Origin: a virus
Strand: one strand, 5' to 3'
IMG/VR virus record: IMGVR_UViG_3300031841_003468
Coordinates: 1 to 64,000 of that record
Length of the DNA: 64,000 nt
Shown here: in pieces, positions 1 to 9,538 of the stretch
Layout: every line of letters begins with the position of its first letter
Numbering within the stretch: the stretch's first letter is position 1
Notes under the pieces: model-generated
What the model was told of the DNA's origin: nothing
The model's database searches: none
What the model saw: the letters and a program-made list of their open reading frames with translations, nothing else
Program-made: the position numbers and the translations under genes

Positions 1-327
1 TTCGGGACTTTTAGCTGCCCAATGATCCTGTGCGATCTGTCTACGGCGTTCACGCTCAGACTCTGACATATCTTGCCATGCTTTTACATTGCTTTGCGAG
101 ATCTTGCTTCTTGTTTCATAGGAGCGTTTAGTACCTTTAGTAGGATGTTTGATACGTCCTGTTTCCAATGCTTTCTTTTGAGCACTAGATTTGTCACGTA
201 ACTCGACACCTTCTGATACTAAGATTCTCCTGATTTTATTCGGGTAGGTATTGAAATGCTTCGATATAGACAGGGTTGATTCACCTGCTTCGTACATTTC
301 CAGTACCGTAGAAATATTGATATCCAT
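1..327 (-). CDS. Partial (runs off window) HTH + NUMOD3-like DNA-binding protein, probable homing endonuclease
   Basis: Manually translated open frame MDINISTVLEMYEAGESTLSISKHFNTYPNKIRRIL...HPTKGTKRSYETRSKISQSN...; GxKRSxETRxKIS is a NUMOD3-type motif; AAGGA RBS upstream. Confidence 0.55.
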   Translation of the reverse strand, partial: MDINISTVLEMYEAGESTLSISKHFNTYPNKIRRILVSEGVELRDKSSAQKKALETGRIKHPTKGTKRSYETRSKISQSNVKAWQDMSESERERRRQIAQDHWAAKSPE

Positions 328-338
328 GTTCCTGTCCT

Positions 339-806
339 TTAACAAATAGATTCTTGTAATAGGGGTAATAGTTGATCCAGATTCCAGTCTTCTACAATAC
401 CAGCAACTGGCTTATTACAGTAATTCTCTATAATTGCCTGATGGCTCTTACTTCTTGCTATAAGACTCAGATGAGGATCTCTCATGATTCCCATAGCGTA
501 ATCGAAACTAACGATAGTTTTCAACCATTCAATATCAAATATATAGTAGAATGGTACAACTGCAGAGTTGTTCTTTAGTAACGTGTCTGCCAGTTCCAAT
601 GTAGTGGCGATACCGATACCTTTGAATGTATTTAACTCAGACAGATTCATAGTTGCAAAGCAAGGCTCACTCGCTGGATTGGCTAGTCTCTGCCAGTAAG
701 CGGTAACCTGATGCTCGTTGCCTGCGGCTAACTCGTTAAAGGACTTAACCATGCCATAAGCACATTGATTAAGACCTAACTCAGTTACTAACCCACCAAT
801 TTGCAT
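339..806 (-). CDS. Hypothetical protein (possibly degenerate glycosyltransferase-associated)
   Basis: 155-aa ORF co-oriented with neighbours, AAGGA RBS and TATAAT box upstream. Confidence 0.5.
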   Translation of the reverse strand: MQIGGLVTELGLNQCAYGMVKSFNELAAGNEHQVTAYWQRLANPASEPCFATMNLSELNTFKGIGIATTLELADTLLKNNSAVVPFYYIFDIEWLKTIVSFDYAMGIMRDPHLSLIARSKSHQAIIENYCNKPVAGIVEDWNLDQLLPLLQESIC

Positions 807-895
807 AAACTCAGTTCCTTCGATAAATAGTAATAGAAAACTCTTCTAGGTCATTATATACTTGGGTTGGACAGATTGCACACGTCCAGATGTAT

Positions 896-1357
896 TTAGT
901 TAGACATTTTATTGGATTTTTTTTGGTTATCCGCAGCCCAGAGTGGTTGAAGATTAGCAAGAGAATTGTCCCCACCTTTAGATACAGGGATAATGTGGTC
1001 GATATGCCACTCGCCGTAGTTATCCCACGACATGCCTTTAGTGAATTGTTTTTCTAGGTGATCCATTAATTCTGTTATCTCGACTGTGAACTTACCCTCA
1101 AGTCCTAGCTTGACCAGTCGCCAGTTGTGCCTACGCATTGCATCGTACATTTTATTGGCAGGATTCTTACGCCATTCTTTTTTCCCGGCCTTATGGGTCT
1201 CTCTAAATTTTTCAGTCTTTCTGTATTTTGCCAAATGTTTTGCATTTTCTACATTCTTACAAGGCTTGCAGCAATAATTATAACCATCCTTAGTAGTTCT
1301 GTTCTTATAGAACTCAGAGAAGGGTAATTCTTGCTTACATTTACAACAGGTCTTCAT
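896..1357 (-). CDS. HNH homing endonuclease with N-terminal Zn finger
   Basis: CxxC...CxxC N-terminus; WHIDHIIPVSKGG-x4-NLQPLWxxDNxxK HNH motif. Confidence 0.85.
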   Translation of the reverse strand: MKTCCKCKQELPFSEFYKNRTTKDGYNYCCKPCKNVENAKHLAKYRKTEKFRETHKAGKKEWRKNPANKMYDAMRRHNWRLVKLGLEGKFTVEITELMDHLEKQFTKGMSWDNYGEWHIDHIIPVSKGGDNSLANLQPLWAADNQKKSNKMSN

Positions 1358-1451
1358 TGTCTTACATAATTTTTAGAAATGGGGGTGTGGATACACGTCT
1401 CTTTATATCAACGTATGTTACCGTGTACCACAGACCCCTTAGAATTGAAAT

Positions 1452-2108
1452 TTACAGTGTCTTGTAAGTACGTGGATTACAAGCATATGGTACAAAAGTT
1501 GGTGTAGTGAACCCACATTTGTCAAACCAGTAGGAATATTCGTATTCGATGTCCATAACAAACGGTGTTAGCTTGGCCATCAGCAATCTAGCTGCTGCTC
1601 TAGTGATTATATATGCATCTACGTTATTTAGCACAAGACTGTTGCAGTATGGTTCTTGTAGATCTTCTCTGAAGTAAAAGTCCTTACCAGTATAATTAGC
1701 ATACAGTAAGTCCTCTGGGCCAGATAGAAATACAACATCAGCATATTCAGGCCAGTGCTTTAGTACATATTCTACCTCAGAGTCAAAATGCTTCTCTAAG
1801 ACTACATTATCTTGTAGGATAAGTGCCATATCTTCTCCAGAGTCATAGAAACTTTCTAGAGCTTGCATATGCTTTAGGTTACGAGATACCTGACAGTTAT
1901 CCAGTCTGCGATAGTTATTAATAATACCTAGATGAGTAGCCCGGTCAGCCCAATCAAATTCACATTGGGAATAGTATTTTCTATAAATATCCCTTGGAAT
2001 ATCATCGACATCGTAATCAGTTACCCAGTTAGCATCTGGTAAGAGACCGCTCAAATACTTAAACCTATCTGTAAAAGCATTAACATGAATCACATATGTT
2101 GAAATCAT
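1452..2108 (-). CDS. Glycosyltransferase family 25-like protein
   Basis: TYVIH...DR start, LKHMQAL, ALILQDN (degenerate ILEDD), AYIITRAAARLL. Confidence 0.65.
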   Translation of the reverse strand: MISTYVIHVNAFTDRFKYLSGLLPDANWVTDYDVDDIPRDIYRKYYSQCEFDWADRATHLGIINNYRRLDNCQVSRNLKHMQALESFYDSGEDMALILQDNVVLEKHFDSEVEYVLKHWPEYADVVFLSGPEDLLYANYTGKDFYFREDLQEPYCNSLVLNNVDAYIITRAAARLLMAKLTPFVMDIEYEYSYWFDKCGFTTPTFVPYACNPRTYKTL

Positions 2109-2186
2109 TTTATCTCCTTTGGAACATTTGCTGCGAAGCAGCTTTATTTAGGGACTATTTAATGTACTTTGAAAGGCACTAATAAA

Positions 2187-2717
2187 CTATCTTTGGTCTA
2201 TTATACCGAAACCGTTAGCAATGTCAAGATATTGGACATCAAGAAAACCTAACAAAGTTCCTTTAATGTCGAAATCATCTACTAAAAACACAGCTTTTTC
2301 GTTTCGGACTTTTAAATACTGCTGTAGAGTTTCCTGTGGATCATTACTACCATCTAAGTAATAAATGTTATATCCACTTGCTATAAACTCGAAAGCATCG
2401 CCGTAACAAACTTCGAGATCATATCCAAGCTTGCTGGCAGCGTAAGCAGAATGGGCGAGACTATCCATGCGGATATCACATACGGAGATAGATCCACCGT
2501 GTTCTGCAATGTATTGACCGAAGATAATGTCGCTCCAACCACTACCGGAACGCCATGCGTCTTCAAAAGTTTCGATTGCACCGACCTGAAACACTTTAAT
2601 CGGAGCCCCTTCAAAGGACTTCAGAACGTCGATAAATACTTGGTCTCGAACGCCAACTAGCTTATTAGGCTGTCCGTTATGTAAAATAGCATGAGCATAG
2701 TTATATTTTAGTTCCAT
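2187..2717 (-). CDS. Class I SAM-dependent methyltransferase-like protein
   Basis: VFQVGA motif I-like, GDA, YYLDG, LVDD-x4-KG. Confidence 0.6.
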   Translation of the reverse strand: MELKYNYAHAILHNGQPNKLVGVRDQVFIDVLKSFEGAPIKVFQVGAIETFEDAWRSGSGWSDIIFGQYIAEHGGSISVCDIRMDSLAHSAYAASKLGYDLEVCYGDAFEFIASGYNIYYLDGSNDPQETLQQYLKVRNEKAVFLVDDFDIKGTLLGFLDVQYLDIANGFGIIDQR

Positions 2718-3658
2718 CTGTCAAGTTCTCCGCTATTCTTAAACCATTCTATAGTATTTTTCAAACCTTGTGCAAAAGGAGTGAGTGCAACAAACCCTAA
2801 TTGTTCCTTAGCCTTAGTAGTATCGAGACAACGACGAGGCTGTCCGTCTGGCTTGGAAGAATCAAAATGTATTTCGCCTTTAAATCCCATGAAGTCACAT
2901 ATGAGTGCTACTAACTCTCTAATACTAATTTCAACGCCAGTACCAACATTGATAGGCGTGGAGTCAGTGTCAGTCTCTAAAGCTAGTCTTATTGCGTCAG
3001 CGGCATCTTCTACATAGAGAAATTCTCTAGATGCGGAGCCTGTGCCCCACACTGTAAGATCAGTGCCGTCTCGCATGGCTTTAGCTACCTTCAGGATTAA
3101 GGCTGGTATAACGTGCGAACTTTCTGGATTGAAGTTATCATGAGGCCCGTACAAATTGACGGGAATCAGATTAGTAGAGTTTAGACCGTATTGTGCCTTA
3201 TAAGACATGAGTAGCTGAACGAGTGCTCGCTTAGCAATCCCATAAGGTGCATTGGTCTCTTCTGGATACCCATTCCAGATGTCGCTTTCGTTAAATGGAA
3301 CTTCTGTAAACTTAGGATAAGCACAGACTGTTCCAACCATTACAAATTTCTTTACAGTACGAATTTTATAGGAAGCATGAATAAGATTAGTTCCCATTGA
3401 TAGATTGTCGTACATGTATCGACCGGGATTCGCAGCATTAGCCCCAATACCGCCAACTCTAGCGGCTAAATGGAGAACTGCATCCGGTCTATGCATAAGC
3501 ATCAGGGTGTTGACCATAGATTGACGAGTTAAATCCATCTCTTTATGTCCACCCAGTGGAATAAGATTAGTATAACCGTTGGCATATAGGTTCTCACAGA
3601 CAGTTTGTCCTAAGAAACCCTTGGCTCCAGTTACCAGAATTTTAGAATCTTTGTTCAT
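2708..3658 (-). CDS. fcl: GDP-L-fucose synthase
   Basis: ILVTGAKGFLG, HLAARVGGIGAN, GTVCAYPK, YGIAK, PVNLYGPHDNF, SSHVIPALI, WGTGSASREFLYVED, KPDGQPRR. Confidence 0.95.
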   Translation of the reverse strand: MNKDSKILVTGAKGFLGQTVCENLYANGYTNLIPLGGHKEMDLTRQSMVNTLMLMHRPDAVLHLAARVGGIGANAANPGRYMYDNLSMGTNLIHASYKIRTVKKFVMVGTVCAYPKFTEVPFNESDIWNGYPEETNAPYGIAKRALVQLLMSYKAQYGLNSTNLIPVNLYGPHDNFNPESSHVIPALILKVAKAMRDGTDLTVWGTGSASREFLYVEDAADAIRLALETDTDSTPINVGTGVEISIRELVALICDFMGFKGEIHFDSSKPDGQPRRCLDTTKAKEQLGFVALTPFAQGLKNTIEWFKNSGELDRWN

Positions 3659-4694
3659 AAATCTTATCCAATACGCTTATTGCATGTTCCGCTTCGGCTT
3701 CCATACCTAGATAATTAAATATATCTGCGATTCTATGGAAGTTTGTATGGTTATGCATAACAAATTGCTGCCCAACACGGGCGATTTCATTACGCTCATC
3801 ATTATTATTGATATAATAGTCAACTTTTGCACGGAAATCTTCTGGATCTTCTGCAAAAACTACCCCATTATTTTCAAAGATGTTTCTGATACTAGCAACG
3901 TTGTCTGAGATACAAAAGCCGCCCGAAAGCAAGACTTTGAAGCAACGCTCATTTATATCGTAACCATACTCCTGAGCATGTGGCTCAGAGAGATTCGGAC
4001 AGATTTTAGACGAGGCAAATAGAGTCTGCACATACTGATCGTCTATGTGGCCATGATATTGTGGAATAGGCCAGTTCTGATTGCCGAAAATCTTTACGGA
4101 GTACTCTCCCACGTTTTCTAGTAGTGGAAGTAAGTATGCATCTATGACTTGTCCCTTGTATGGCCAGTAGCCACCAACGAAACCAATGTCACAGGCGTAT
4201 CGGAAGTCATATTGTGGATTACCATAAACATGGATATCCGAGCACATGATAAGAGGCTTTGCATCAATACCAATAGTAGAGTATCGGTCGTGGCAAGCAT
4301 CAATGCCTTCCTGATTGTAATGTAGATGGACAAAGTTAGGTAAACCTGTTTGTTCTTTCAGTTCCGCTAACATGTCCTTTTCTTCTTGAGTAGCAAAGAG
4401 AATGTTATACTTATCTCTATCTACTACATCATCCATGCTACCCCAATCTCCAGATCGGAGACCAACTTTAATCCAAGGTCGTTCCTTGATACACTTAAGG
4501 GTAGCTCTATCTAAGTTGTATGATTGTCCCAGAAAGATGTCTGGGTTAACTCTGTCGAATACGTCGAATGCGGGTTCTTTCTTGCAGTCCCAGAAATAGA
4601 CCTCGTGTCCGCATGTCTTAAATGCGTTATGCCATGCTAATCTCTGAAAGTAGTGGGCGTGATACCCGTCGTTAGATATTAAAATTTTGCTCAT
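3642..4694 (-). CDS. CgeB/YkvP-like glycosyltransferase (GT-B)
   Basis: DIGFVG, SSKICPN, NERCFKVLLSGGFCISD, ERNEIARVG...HTNFHR. Confidence 0.8.
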   Translation of the reverse strand: MSKILISNDGYHAHYFQRLAWHNAFKTCGHEVYFWDCKKEPAFDVFDRVNPDIFLGQSYNLDRATLKCIKERPWIKVGLRSGDWGSMDDVVDRDKYNILFATQEEKDMLAELKEQTGLPNFVHLHYNQEGIDACHDRYSTIGIDAKPLIMCSDIHVYGNPQYDFRYACDIGFVGGYWPYKGQVIDAYLLPLLENVGEYSVKIFGNQNWPIPQYHGHIDDQYVQTLFASSKICPNLSEPHAQEYGYDINERCFKVLLSGGFCISDNVASIRNIFENNGVVFAEDPEDFRAKVDYYINNNDERNEIARVGQQFVMHNHTNFHRIADIFNYLGMEAEAEHAISVLDKIYEQRF

Positions 4695-5400
4695 TAGTAT
4701 TCCTCACCAAATCCCTCATGGTATCTATTTCAAAAGCAACCATGTCGTCGTTCTCTTCGACTGCAAACTGACCGCCTCTTCCTATTATGTCATTAATGAC
4801 TTCAAAAGTCAAGTGAGACTTGCGAGCATCCTGATTTTTTGCACAAATATACTTAAGTATTTCTAGTTCCTTGCCAGTGAAGTAGGCGATCTGTGCCCAC
4901 TTAACAGGTAAGCCGTAAGATAATATAGTAACTTTGTCACGAACAACCGTCAGTCCTACTTCTTGGTCAGCGAATCGACCTTTAGTATCTTGAATCAGAA
5001 AAGAACGAGAGTAGTCTAGCCTCTTAAATGTTTCGTTGTTGAAGCATATGTCACCATGAGTTACTAGAATATTATCACGATTACTTGCATTAACCCCTAA
5101 TCGGAGACTTTCAAAGCTACCTGTCGAGTCATATAATTGATTTTCTATATAACGATTCTTTGGGCCAAGCTTCTTCATTACTTTGTGGCGATCATATCCC
5201 ACTACGACAATATGCTCATGATCCCTAAAGATTGGTCTAGTATTACGGATCTGAGTCTCTATTAATGTCTCTGCATTATTGACTTTAAGCAAAGCTCTTG
5301 GCTCATAAGACTTAATGCGACTACCGAAGCCTGCGGCTAAGATAATAATAGAAGCTTCTTTGTTTCTAGTTGTCTTTGTTTTAGTTGTTATTCTACCCAC
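4672..5400 (-). CDS. Nucleotidyltransferase (LicC/sugar-phosphate NTP-transferase family)
   Basis: IIILAAGFGSR, VVVGY, ENxxYxxTG, HGD, EIDTxxDL; GTG start at 5400 inferred (track start 5427). Confidence 0.8.
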   Translation of the reverse strand: MGRITTKTKTTRNKEASIIILAAGFGSRIKSYEPRALLKVNNAETLIETQIRNTRPIFRDHEHIVVVGYDRHKVMKKLGPKNRYIENQLYDSTGSFESLRLGVNASNRDNILVTHGDICFNNETFKRLDYSRSFLIQDTKGRFADQEVGLTVVRDKVTILSYGLPVKWAQIAYFTGKELEILKYICAKNQDARKSHLTFEVINDIIGRGGQFAVEENDDMVAFEIDTMRDLVRNTNEQNFNI

Positions 5401-6202
5401 GTAATTTAGCCCCCATGTAAGCAGCATGTTGCTGGAATATCTCGTTGGTCATCTTCAAGGAAGCATTATCGCCATGCTCAGCTACAATAGATAGCGGCTC
5501 TGCGATGTGGTACATCATACAAACAGAAGACAGTCTTAACCACAGATCATAATCCTCTGTGCATCCTGTAAATGTTTGACTTCCCGGAGCATGTAAGTTA
5601 CTGTCGTAGATCTCACCATTTTCGGGATTGACGATTTTAAATAAATATTCTTTCTTGATAAAACCGGCAGAGTGAACGATACACATCTGTCGGAGTAGCT
5701 TTGCGTCATACGCATACTTGTATTCATATTTGGTGTAGTCTTGGCCATCCTCAATAGTACGATGGATAGTATAGTCAGTCCAGACAACGCCGATTGCAGG
5801 ATCTTCTTCTAGCTTAGCAACACAGCGAGAAACTTTGGTAGGTAGATACTGGTCATCTCCGTCGATGATACCAAATATATCAGCCCACTCAGCCATAAAG
5901 TAAATGCCTAGATTCCTTGCTACTGACGGGCCAGAGTTATTACAGAGAAGAAGGATTAGATTATCTTTCTTACGAATTTCTACTGGGCCTTTATACCAAG
6001 GCTCATCAAGCTCGATAGTTTCTGTCTCAGTTAGATCGAAGTGGTTAACTATAATAGAATAAGACATATCGCTAGAACCATCATCAACCATACACATGGT
6101 CAGATGTTCCTTTGGATAATCTTGGTTAAGCACACTCTCTATACAATCACACACAAACTCTTGGTAATTATAGTTGGTGCCAATGATGGCTACGTTTTTC
6201 AT
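5393..6202 (-). CDS. Glycosyltransferase family 2
   Basis: NYNY, IESVLNQDY, VDDGSSD, NSGPSVARNLG, IDGDD, EDYDLWLRL; start moved to ATG 6202. Confidence 0.9.
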   Translation of the reverse strand: MKNVAIIGTNYNYQEFVCDCIESVLNQDYPKEHLTMCMVDDGSSDMSYSIIVNHFDLTETETIELDEPWYKGPVEIRKKDNLILLLCNNSGPSVARNLGIYFMAEWADIFGIIDGDDQYLPTKVSRCVAKLEEDPAIGVVWTDYTIHRTIEDGQDYTKYEYKYAYDAKLLRQMCIVHSAGFIKKEYLFKIVNPENGEIYDSNLHAPGSQTFTGCTEDYDLWLRLSSVCMMYHIAEPLSIVAEHGDNASLKMTNEIFQQHAAYMGAKLRG

Positions 6203-7026
6203 TACAGTTCCTCTCGTATCGCTTCCTTGTTTTCGAGTGGCCAATCAGCAACACGCTCTAGGAACATACGTCGATCTGCTTCCAGCGTATCTGGGTCTAC
6301 TGTTGGCATACTGCCTTTTAGATATTTGTAGAGTGCAGCTTGGAAAACTAGGCCGTTCATTCCATCGTTAGGCTTAGATACCAGTAGTGGCACACATTCT
6401 ACATTAGTGATTTCATGTACACGGCTAATTACATTGGTTGGTGGTACATGCTTGTTAGCAACAACATAAGCCCAGCCATTGATATTGTGCTGTACAGCTT
6501 GGTCAATTAGCCATTCTTGACGAACATCGTGTTGATATAGAACTGTATGGTGTGAAACAAACTTGCTGTCACCAAAACGTTTGTCAAGTTCTTCAATAAT
6601 ATAATCGTTGTATTCAAATTTCTGGTTGACTACAATAATACGGCGAGTGAAGTATAGATCTTGATTCTCAATAGCATCTAGCTGTTGCTCAAAGATCCGT
6701 TGGTCTTCTTCAGTATCTGCATCAAATAGCACAATAAACATAAGGTTCGGGTAAACCTCAGTCATTACCGTATATTCTAAGTCTAGCTTTTCAGCATAGT
6801 TTAGTTCGTCAACCCAGTCTTGTGGTCGGTATGTATTGCAGAAGCGGTAAAACACACTGTGTTTGTCACCGTCTTTCTCAGCCCAGTCGCCTTCCCACCC
6901 AAGTGGCTCACGACGATTAAGTTTACAACCAGTTTGCTCGTGGTCTTTATACTCAGCAAAGACACATCCTCTGCAGCATGTGACTACTTCTAGTTTACTT
7001 AGATTAGGCTGTTGTTCTTCTGACAT
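6202..7026 (-). CDS. Hypothetical protein, N-terminal Cys cluster, possibly degenerate GT-A fold
   Basis: 274-aa ORF with start/stop overlaps to both neighbours; CCRGC...C...C. Confidence 0.5.
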   Translation of the reverse strand: MSEEQQPNLSKLEVVTCCRGCVFAEYKDHEQTGCKLNRREPLGWEGDWAEKDGDKHSVFYRFCNTYRPQDWVDELNYAEKLDLEYTVMTEVYPNLMFIVLFDADTEEDQRIFEQQLDAIENQDLYFTRRIIVVNQKFEYNDYIIEELDKRFGDSKFVSHHTVLYQHDVRQEWLIDQAVQHNINGWAYVVANKHVPPTNVISRVHEITNVECVPLLVSKPNDGMNGLVFQAALYKYLKGSMPTVDPDTLEADRRMFLERVADWPLENKEAIREEL

Positions 7027-7436
7027 TACTTTCTTACTCCCGTGATTGTTGCGACTGCTTCAGTCGAGTATGACTTAGCATCAATAGTAAGTCCATTCAT
7101 AAGCATGAAGGACTCGATATCCGTCATTGTAACAATGTTTGCTGTAGGTGTCAAGAATTTATTTACTCTTTCTACATCAATTATGTTACGTGCATACAGG
7201 AGGCAAACAGAGTCAAAGTCAACAAGGCTAACGATGAGCTTGCCGCCCAGACGAATCTTCTTGCATAGTTCAGCGATCAATAAGCCAGTATCCTTATGTG
7301 GAACTAGACTTAAGAAACCGTCTATTACGATTTCAGTGCATTCGGCATCATCAACCATTAACTTTAGAGTATCCAAACTCTCTGGTTGTAGATACGCTTC
7401 ATATGCCTCATTTGGTGGGCCAAGATATACTTTCAT
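7026..7436 (-). CDS. Degenerate methyltransferase-like protein
   Basis: KVYLG, EIVIDGFLSLVP, IRLGGKLIV resemble short class I MTase motifs. Confidence 0.45.
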   Translation of the reverse strand: MKVYLGPPNEAYEAYLQPESLDTLKLMVDDAECTEIVIDGFLSLVPHKDTGLLIAELCKKIRLGGKLIVSLVDFDSVCLLYARNIIDVERVNKFLTPTANIVTMTDIESFMLMNGLTIDAKSYSTEAVATITGVRK

Positions 7437-7463
7437 TATTTATTCCTCCACGATATTATGTAA

Positions 7464-8435
7464 CTAATCACGTAAAGTTACACACCGACGAAAAGTATTT
7501 TTCCAATTATTTACGAACTCGTCTACATTGTAACGAGTCTTGATTGTTTCCGCTGCAGCTTTGCCCAACTCACGAGCACGCTCTGGGTCATCTAGTAACG
7601 ATTGTATGGCATTTACCATGTCGATAGGCGAATCTGCAAACAATCCATTTTCACCATCAGTAATAATTTCTGGAATCATACATGTTTTGGTACTAACAAT
7701 AGCACAGCCACAAGCCATAGCCTCCATGAGAACCGTAGGTACTGGAGAGTGAGTACTAGTATTAAAGAAGATCTGAGACTGCTGGTACGCTTGAACTAGT
7801 TCTTTGCCCGATAGTGCTTCTGACATTCCGGGATTCTTACCAATGAGTCTTACTGGCACTTTAGCTGCAACCTGTTTCCAGTTTTCCCATCCGCAACACC
7901 AGTCTCTATCGGCAAACAAATTAACTGCCGAAAGTGCGTGTGGCGAACGCTCCGCATCACTATAGGTAAACTCAGGAGAGATTCCGTGATTAACTACACT
8001 GGCACTCCAGTTACCTTCAAAGCCCCAAGCATTCTTATTAAAGTCTGAGATGAACACAAAGTGATCTGCAGGTATACTTGTTGCTATTTCTTTTTGTCTG
8101 TTTACATCCTGACGAATATCTGGCAGGACATGGCAAAGCTGAACAATAGGAGCATTATATCTTTGGCTCAACTGCATAGCTTGATTAACTTTATCATCCA
8201 TAGTCTGACATAGAATCAGATCAACGTCTACGTATGGAGGTATTTCATTTGTGACCCTGTAGTTGTTTGGCTTATGCCCATACTCAGTGTCCCATTCTTT
8301 AGCATGACGAAGAGACCAGAAAGTGTGGCCAGTCTTAGCTAGATTTTGTTCATATCTTTCATGTGTACACCAAGTGACAATATTAAGAGGTTCACTGTCA
8401 GTTCTTAGTGCTTTTCTTAGAATACTACCTATCAT
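7464..8435 (-). CDS. Glycosyltransferase family 4 (GT-B)
   Basis: VNHGI, PTVLMEAMACGCAIVST, PEIITDGENGL; start at ATG 8435 overlapping upstream stop (ATGA). Confidence 0.9.
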   Translation of the reverse strand: MIGSILRKALRTDSEPLNIVTWCTHERYEQNLAKTGHTFWSLRHAKEWDTEYGHKPNNYRVTNEIPPYVDVDLILCQTMDDKVNQAMQLSQRYNAPIVQLCHVLPDIRQDVNRQKEIATSIPADHFVFISDFNKNAWGFEGNWSASVVNHGISPEFTYSDAERSPHALSAVNLFADRDWCCGWENWKQVAAKVPVRLIGKNPGMSEALSGKELVQAYQQSQIFFNTSTHSPVPTVLMEAMACGCAIVSTKTCMIPEIITDGENGLFADSPIDMVNAIQSLLDDPERARELGKAAAETIKTRYNVDEFVNNWKNTFRRCVTLRD

Positions 8436-9538
8436 ACTAACAGTCCTTTCATTAATTCGCCAATTTTGGCATGATCGAAGTCTTGAGCCCTTTCTATGGC
8501 TTCTTCGCACTTGAAATCCCATAGCTCAGAACACTGCCTGTGGAGCTCGTAGGCTTCACGTAACGCCCTTCGCAGGTCTCTGACATTGATTACACGCCAC
8601 TGTTCTTCACACGTATGTAAGCCATCTAATGACTGTTGCATTCCGAAGCAATCGTCCCACTCAGCTTTGACTGGATACCCAACAGCAAAATCCTCAGTTC
8701 CTATGCCGTCAGTATATATAACAGGAAGTCCCATAGCCATTCCCTCAAGTGCTGGAATACTCCAAGCCTCACCGTAAGATGGCATGACAAAACAGTCACA
8801 AGCTTTAATTAATCCTAATAGTTCACGTTCTTCGATAATACCTGCAACAACCTTATCTTTACGATAAGCTTTTCTGTAGCCTAATCCCTTTTTGATTTCA
8901 CGACATGTGTTATGAACAATGTCAAGAGTCTTATCTGCAGATTCACCGGGAATACTTGTTTTAATAATTAGCTCTACATTCTCGCTTGGATGGAACTCGG
9001 CATGGAAGGCTCTGATTAAGGCCGAGTAATTCTTACGTCGATTCCATTCGCCAACAAACAAGAAATTAAATGTGTCTGGATCTTCACCTAGCTGAGCCAT
9101 TGGTGCGTCCTCGTACTTCTGCATGTCTAAGCAGTGAGGAACAACATGAACAGGAATTTCGGGATATATAAAACTATCTCTACATGCTTTTACCATCTGA
9201 TGATTAGGAACCCAAACCTCATCCATAAGGTTAATGTATTTAGCCCAACCACTTGGTAGAAAGTTATCAGTTTCAGTTTCAAACATACAGATGTTCTTCA
9301 TGCCGCCACGATACTCATAGAGATGTGGTAGCGTATGCTGAATAACATGAGTGCAACCAGAAAGATCTTTGCGTTCTAGTTCATCAAGAATAGCGGGTTT
9401 TACCAGATAAGCTCCTGTAAAATCTAGGTGACGAGTGACAACATCTACACCAGCCTTGTGTAGGGCTAGTATATTATTTAGTCCGGCGTTTGACCACCCT
9501 GTGCCTTCTCGGTAATTATTTAGATATAAGACTTTCAA
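8432..9538 (-). CDS. Glycosyltransferase family 4 (GT-B)
   Basis: FLFVGEWNRRKN, CDCFVMPSYGEAWSIPALEGMAMGLPVI; TTG start after GGGAGG RBS. Confidence 0.9.
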   Translation of the reverse strand: MKVLYLNNYREGTGWSNAGLNNILALHKAGVDVVTRHLDFTGAYLVKPAILDELERKDLSGCTHVIQHTLPHLYEYRGGMKNICMFETETDNFLPSGWAKYINLMDEVWVPNHQMVKACRDSFIYPEIPVHVVPHCLDMQKYEDAPMAQLGEDPDTFNFLFVGEWNRRKNYSALIRAFHAEFHPSENVELIIKTSIPGESADKTLDIVHNTCREIKKGLGYRKAYRKDKVVAGIIEERELLGLIKACDCFVMPSYGEAWSIPALEGMAMGLPVIYTDGIGTEDFAVGYPVKAEWDDCFGMQQSLDGLHTCEEQWRVINVRDLRRALREAYELHRQCSELWDFKCEEAIERAQDFDHAKIGELMKGLLV

